A DNA stretch of 60,737 nt, taken from positions 1-60,737 of the IMG/VR virus record IMGVR_UViG_3300025699_000009, one strand, 5' to 3'. The position numbers and the translations under genes were made by a program. The notes beneath the pieces were generated by a model that ran no database searches, was not told the origin of the DNA, and was given only the letters and a program-made list of their open reading frames with translations. Source of the DNA: a virus. Lineage: Duplodnaviria > Caudoviricetes. This document shows positions 55,869 through 60,737 of the stretch, piece by piece (position 1 is the first letter of the stretch; every line of letters begins with the position of its first letter).

Positions 55869-57328
55869 GTGATATCATAGAGCGGATACCCGGATACACC
55901 GACGACATGATGCTCAATTGGTGTACGCTACTGCACCGCGTAGTCTCAGCAACAAAGACTGTGACTGTGGGCAGAGGAAGAAACGTAGAACGTATAGCTG
56001 TGCCGAAACACAACACCCACCCTGATGTGGTGGAGAGAATAAAGCGCAGCTTAGAATACTATCGTAATCAGGCAACCATGACATTTCAATTTAGAGACTA
56101 TCAAGAAGACATAATAAATCGAGCTGACCAAATCCTATCCGAACACGGCTTTGTTTATTTAGGGATGCAGGTCAGGACAGGCAAGACATTGACAAGCCTT
56201 GGCATCGCAGAGAAACGAGCTACTCAACATCGCGATGTTAACAACGTGCTGTTCCTCACAAAGAAGAAGGCCATCACAAGTATCACGGAAGACTCCAAGC
56301 TACTGTGTCCATCCTATGCTTTGTTCATCATCAACTACGAGAGTATGCACAAGCTTCCCGACATCTCATGGGACTTGATTGTGATGGACGAGGCGCACAG
56401 CATGGGTGCATTCCCTAAACCAAGCAACCGTGCGAAGAAGGTGAAGGAACTGATTACAAAGTGTAAGCCATTTGTCATCCTTATGTCAGGAACCCCCACC
56501 CCTGAATCGTACAGTCAGATGTACCATCAGGTGTATGGCATTCCCAACAATCCATTCGCTAAGCACAAAAGCTTTTACCGTTGGTCAGATGATTACGTGA
56601 TGGTCACGCAGAAGATTATTAACGGCAGGCCACGCAACAACTATCACAACGGACGAGACCGTATCCTAAAGGAGATGGAACCATACACCATCAACTACAC
56701 ACAGAAAGAAGCAGGCTTTAAGGTGGACACAAGGGAGCACATCATCAAGGTAAAGATGTCTGACAAGACGTATGATTTATGTAAGCGACTGAAGAAAGAC
56801 TTGGTTATCCAAGGAAAGAAAGAAATTATCCTAGCTGACACACCCGTCAAGCTTATGCAGAAACTCCATCAGATGTTCTCAGGCACAGTGAAGTTCGAGA
56901 GCGGAAAATATATGGTGATGGACGATACCAAGGCTGTGTTTATTCATGACAACTTTGGAGATAAGAAGATAGGCATCTTCTATAAGTTCGTAGCAGAACT
57001 CGATGCCTTGAAGAGTGTGTATGGTGATGGGCTTACCACAGATTTGGATGAGTTCAATAGCACCGACAAGAGCATAGCCCTTCAGATAGTCAGTGGGCGC
57101 GAGGGTATATCCCTACGTCAGGCTGAGGCATTGGTGTACTACAACATAGACTTCAGCGCAACAAGCTATTGGCAGTCACGCGATAGGATGACCACAAAGG
57201 AAAGGCTAACGAGCGATGTCTATTGGCTGTTCTCTGAGAACGGAATAGAATCTAAAATCTATAAGGCCGTCAAAGACAAGAAGGCATACACCGTTAATCA
57301 CTTTAAACAAGACGCGGATACTTTGTAA
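55865..57328 (+). CDS. SF2 (SNF2-like) helicase
   Basis: FRDYQ, TGKT, DEAH, SGTP, GREGISL, Q.RDR; an internal start at MTFQFRDYQ is possible. Confidence 0.85.
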   Translation: MSDIIERIPGYTDDMMLNWCTLLHRVVSATKTVTVGRGRNVERIAVPKHNTHPDVVERIKRSLEYYRNQATMTFQFRDYQEDIINRADQILSEHGFVYLGMQVRTGKTLTSLGIAEKRATQHRDVNNVLFLTKKKAITSITEDSKLLCPSYALFIINYESMHKLPDISWDLIVMDEAHSMGAFPKPSNRAKKVKELITKCKPFVILMSGTPTPESYSQMYHQVYGIPNNPFAKHKSFYRWSDDYVMVTQKIINGRPRNNYHNGRDRILKEMEPYTINYTQKEAGFKVDTREHIIKVKMSDKTYDLCKRLKKDLVIQGKKEIILADTPVKLMQKLHQMFSGTVKFESGKYMVMDDTKAVFIHDNFGDKKIGIFYKFVAELDALKSVYGDGLTTDLDEFNSTDKSIALQIVSGREGISLRQAEALVYYNIDFSATSYWQSRDRMTTKERLTSDVYWLFSENGIESKIYKAVKDKKAYTVNHFKQDADTL

Positions 57329-57339
57329 ATTGTCAGCAA

Positions 57340-57579
57340 ATGACGGAGCAACAAATTCAATCCAAGCGAATCAAACAGTTAGAAGCAGAAGGGTACTACG
57401 TCCTGAAGCTTATGCAAACAAACAAGAACGGAATCCCTGATGTGATTGCGATTCCTCCTAATTGCGGTGTGCTGTTCAGCGAAATAAAGACACCCAAGGG
57501 TAGGCTATCCAAGCTACAGGAGTACCGACTAAAAGAACTAAAGGCCCATGGCTTACGAACAGAAGTATACCGAGGATGA
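57340..57579 (+). CDS. VRR-NUC nuclease / Holliday junction resolvase
   Basis: E..IQ, GIPD, EIK...GRLS.LQ. Confidence 0.85.
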   Translation: MTEQQIQSKRIKQLEAEGYYVLKLMQTNKNGIPDVIAIPPNCGVLFSEIKTPKGRLSKLQEYRLKELKAHGLRTEVYRG

Positions 57580-57871
57580 GAAACCATACGAGCTTGATGA
57601 AGAGTTCGTAATGCAACTGCGTAGCATCTCTCGCAAGCAACTCGTGCGGGTATTGAATCTTCTCCACGACAACGCCGAGTATTTTACAGGCAAGATGGAT
57701 GATTACATGGAGATAGGTGGAGTCCTCAAAGGAAAGGAACCATTCTATTTCAAGGTCGGCTACGTGTACTACTATTCAACACTGCCTGTGTTGGTACAAT
57801 TTGAGGAGATATCCTCAGATGATTACTTGGATTTTATTTTAGCTGACTCTTATCTAATCGACTTTAATTGA
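57548..57871 (+). CDS. Hypothetical protein (107 aa)
   Basis: Operon packing. Confidence 0.65.
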   Translation: MAYEQKYTEDEKPYELDEEFVMQLRSISRKQLVRVLNLLHDNAEYFTGKMDDYMEIGGVLKGKEPFYFKVGYVYYYSTLPVLVQFEEISSDDYLDFILADSYLIDFN

Positions 57872-58426
57872 ATGAAGAACTTATTGACTGAAGAACTGCA
57901 AGGGTTGATTGCCCTTGTAAACGAGACCTGTGACTGTGATATCTTGGCAGGTGGTCGTAAAAGAAAGGACGTAGATGGGCGAATGATTTTCGCGCAGGTG
58001 TTGTGGATAAAGGGGATGACCAAGTCCGACATCGGTCGCATCCTAAACAAAGACCACGCTAGTGTGGTATACTACATCCGCAAGGTAGAATCATACATGA
58101 AGCACGATGCCATCCTTCGCCAACGCTACTCGTTTGTTCTTGATTCCTTCCTTCCCCCTGCTACACGCCACAACAAATACAACTACAGCAGATTTGATTT
58201 GCTTCAGGAGGTGATGCGATTGGAGGAAGAGTTGGTGAAACAAAAAGAAAAGACTGAGGCCATGTCGGATATTGCTCGTCGCAACTACCGTGAAGACGCC
58301 CGGCTCTCAGGTATTTACAAAATAATTAAAGACCGGATTCCCCTTGGGTTGGAGCATGAGGTAGAGCGCAAGCTTATTCATATTCTCAACGTAGGAGAGG
58401 AAGGATTAACACCAAGACGACCATGA
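57872..58426 (+). CDS. Second DnaA C-terminal-like HTH protein (184 aa)
   Basis: RKR..VDGR.IF...SDIGR.LNKDHASVVYY. Confidence 0.7.
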   Translation: MKNLLTEELQGLIALVNETCDCDILAGGRKRKDVDGRMIFAQVLWIKGMTKSDIGRILNKDHASVVYYIRKVESYMKHDAILRQRYSFVLDSFLPPATRHNKYNYSRFDLLQEVMRLEEELVKQKEKTEAMSDIARRNYREDARLSGIYKIIKDRIPLGLEHEVERKLIHILNVGEEGLTPRRP

Positions 58427-58578
58427 TGAGATGTCCACAATGCAACACCCAACTTCATTGGCAATCTGACTTTGACTATGATGATATGGGACACGAAGGA
58501 GAGGGAGTATGCGGGACTTACACCTGTCCTGAACCCAAGTGTATCATAGAGGATGTTCATATTTACATGAACGGATAG
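58423..58578 (+). CDS. Small Zn-finger protein (51 aa)
   Basis: MMRCPQCNTQLHWQSDFDYDDMGHEGEGVCGTYTCPEPKC...; ATGA-coupled. Confidence 0.65.
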   Translation: MMRCPQCNTQLHWQSDFDYDDMGHEGEGVCGTYTCPEPKCIIEDVHIYMNG

Positions 58579-58579
58579 C

Positions 58580-58595
58580 GGGGGTTTAAACCCCC
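58580..58595. repeat. GGGGGTTYRAACCCCC hairpin element
   Basis: GGGGGTTTAAACCCCC, 1 nt after the stop. Confidence 0.85.
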
Positions 58596-58656
58596 TGTTC
58601 TATATTTGCGATACAATCATGACATCATCTGTATCATGGTAACTGATTAAGAGATG

Positions 58657-58693
58657 GGAGAATCCCCGGCAATATGTCCGGGGATTTTCTTTT
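58657..58693. terminator. Terminator hairpin at the convergence of the two arms
   Basis: AATCCCCGG-CAATATGT-CCGGGGATT followed by TTCTTTT. Confidence 0.75.
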
Positions 58694-60737
58694 ACCGCTT
58701 AGGTTGTCTCTTGAACTTCCTTCTATCTTCTCGCTCCTTCTGCCTGCGCTTGCGTTCCTTTTGAGCCTCTGTTTCTCGTGACTCTCTTCGTTCCTTGTCG
58801 CGCTCCTTCTTGTCTCGGATTCGCTTTCCGTATTCGCTCAGCTCTCCCTCAGTAAACTTTCTTGGTCGGTACGAAGGAGTAACACCAATGGCATCATAGA
58901 AAGATTCCATGTCCTCCACTGCAGCGTTAGGATTTTCTGACTTCTCTGCAATGAAGTTCAGCATCCCGGCGAACGTATCTACGTTTGCTCGCAGCGCATA
59001 GTCTGCAATCGTTAGACCTGCAGCTATCATACGGTCTTCATCAGTCTTTACCTTACGGAACCGACGACTCACCTGAGACAGTGGATTCACAGCTCCTATA
59101 TCGTCACCGACCCTAACCTTCTCTCCCCTCATCCATTTGTCAATGGCGTTCTCTGCTGTGCCACCGAGGATAGGAATAAAGCTGAGCAGGTTTATCCCTG
59201 CTGATGCCATAAGAATCTTACGGTACGCCTCGCGCTTGTCTTCGTCATCTCCTGCCCATAGCTTTCCGAAGTTAGAAGCACCAACAAACAAAGCGTTGGC
59301 AAGACCGTAGTTGACGTAGAACTTACGGACATCCTTCATTGATGGAGCTTTACCCTTACCTATGGCTCGCGCAATATTCAACCCTGATTGGCTCACGTTG
59401 TTAATCATCAAGAGCGATGCACTACCAAACATGGTGAACAAACGAGTGTAGGCATTGGCGTTCTGCTGAATGATGCTACGCTCCGTTGCCCTACGGCTCT
59501 GCTGTGTTTCGTTGTAGTCCTCAAACTTTTGGATGGCTTGCTCAGGTGCCATCCCATTGATGACATCCCTTCTAAAGTTTGCCATGTATCCCAACACACC
59601 CATGATATCACCAATGATAGTTGGAGCAGCAGAGGCTCGCGCGTAGAGACGTGCGCCTCTTCCGAAGAAACTACCGCGTTGATTTATGCGACCACCGGTA
59701 GGAACACCTCCCTCAAGGCCAATGACATCACCCTTCATGCCCATCTTAAGACGGTACTTGAACTGAGGAGACATCTCTCGTGCGATGCGCATATACTTAC
59801 GAGGCTGTGCCATGACAGCAGCGAAGTCTGCCGTCCACAACAGCAAGTCTAAGCCGGGCATCCGCTTCCCGCTTTTCAAGTAGGTATAATCCGGGAACGC
59901 TTGAATGGCAGAGGTAGCCTGCTTCAATATCTGAACGGCCTTGAATGCGAGAGCTACCCCGGTGTATGCCGTTTGCATCCAACTCAGCGCACGGTTATCG
60001 TACATAGCCTGCTTAGCTGAATCGGGGTTGATGGCTTGGTTGATGGACTGTCGTACTGCCCCGGTCATCCGAAGCATATCCATTACGTTTAGGACGGACT
60101 CGTTGTTTATGATGGAGTTCAACGTGCGCGTATCTGCAGCGTAAGCCTTGAACCTTTCCATCGAACGGTAGTGGTCATTCAAGGCGGCTGTAAAGGTCGC
60201 GCCCTTCAAATCAATCTCACTGTCCGTATCGCTACGTTCTTTCAAGCCCGAAGCAAACTCAGCATCGAAGATTGCATTGAAGTCTCCATCTGCCAACAGG
60301 TCGGCATCTACCTTAGCGATAGTTCGTGTCGGGAAGTAGTTAGATATGTAGTTTAGGTTCACATCGTTTACCTCTCGGTACACGTTGTTCACGCTCTCGT
60401 AGTATTCGTTGCTCAGGTAATCAACCGTTGCATCAGCAAAGCCCATCAGCTCAGTACCCAAGTAGTTCTCTATCTCTGCAGCAAACGCAGGGTCATCGAA
60501 GTCCATGCCCATTCGACGAAGCTTGTCTCGCTGAACAGGATTCTTAGATAGAGAGTAGAGCCGTAGGATTTGGTCTTTGTCAAACGCTTCCGTGCTTCTT
60601 CGCTTGGGGTTATCAATTGGATTGTAATCAATCGTAAGAGTTGGAGAGCTGTACAGTTCACGTGATAACGCCTCGTAGCTTTCAAACCCAAACTCTTGAG
60701 CCAAAGCATCCATCTTGTTTTCAGTCTGCTCAAAGAA
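58692..60737 (-). CDS. C-terminal part of the giant virion protein
   Basis: Same frame and sequence as the 1-1201 portion of the giant ORF; ends with a charged Arg/Lys/Glu tail. Confidence 0.88.
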   Translation of the reverse strand, partial: FFEQTENKMDALAQEFGFESYEALSRELYSSPTLTIDYNPIDNPKRRSTEAFDKDQILRLYSLSKNPVQRDKLRRMGMDFDDPAFAAEIENYLGTELMGFADATVDYLSNEYYESVNNVYREVNDVNLNYISNYFPTRTIAKVDADLLADGDFNAIFDAEFASGLKERSDTDSEIDLKGATFTAALNDHYRSMERFKAYAADTRTLNSIINNESVLNVMDMLRMTGAVRQSINQAINPDSAKQAMYDNRALSWMQTAYTGVALAFKAVQILKQATSAIQAFPDYTYLKSGKRMPGLDLLLWTADFAAVMAQPRKYMRIAREMSPQFKYRLKMGMKGDVIGLEGGVPTGGRINQRGSFFGRGARLYARASAAPTIIGDIMGVLGYMANFRRDVINGMAPEQAIQKFEDYNETQQSRRATERSIIQQNANAYTRLFTMFGSASLLMINNVSQSGLNIARAIGKGKAPSMKDVRKFYVNYGLANALFVGASNFGKLWAGDDEDKREAYRKILMASAGINLLSFIPILGGTAENAIDKWMRGEKVRVGDDIGAVNPLSQVSRRFRKVKTDEDRMIAAGLTIADYALRANVDTFAGMLNFIAEKSENPNAAVEDMESFYDAIGVTPSYRPRKFTEGELSEYGKRIRDKKERDKERRESRETEAQKERKRRQKEREDRRKFKRQPKR
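59537..60737. repeat. Terminal direct repeat, copy B
   Basis: Divergent colinear copy of 1-1201. Confidence 0.95.

Overview
The window is an apparently complete circular genome (unit length about 59,536 bp) of a tailed dsDNA phage of Bacteroidota (Flavobacteriales-type host). It has podovirus-like, crAss/Cellulophaga phi38:1-related structural genes. Bases 1-1201 recur at 59537-60737 as a colinear but strain-divergent copy. The minus-strand arm (about 43.6 kb down to 1, wrapping to 58.7 kb) encodes GroEL/GroES, many small Lys/Arg-rich proteins, tail fibres, terminase, portal, scaffold, major capsid protein, tail ring/muzzle proteins and ejection proteins. The last of these is a ~3,541-aa giant protein that the ORF track misses; it has a zincin HExxH domain and a nested overprinted gene. 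The plus-strand arm (44.1-58.6 kb) encodes early genes (amidoligase, GATase-II/GGCT fusion, small membrane peptides) and replication genes (Sak-like annealase, RecE-like exonuclease, SSB, primase-helicase, SF2 helicase, VRR-NUC). The most striking non-coding signal is a pair of complete hammerhead ribozymes (type I at 44794-44843, type III at 45938-45990) bracketing the amidoligase gene. Each lies directly behind a copy of a GGGGGTTYRAACCCCC hairpin that occurs 11 times in the genome. This suggests self-processing, and possibly circularisation, of early mRNA. Family assignments come from motif recognition, not database searches.
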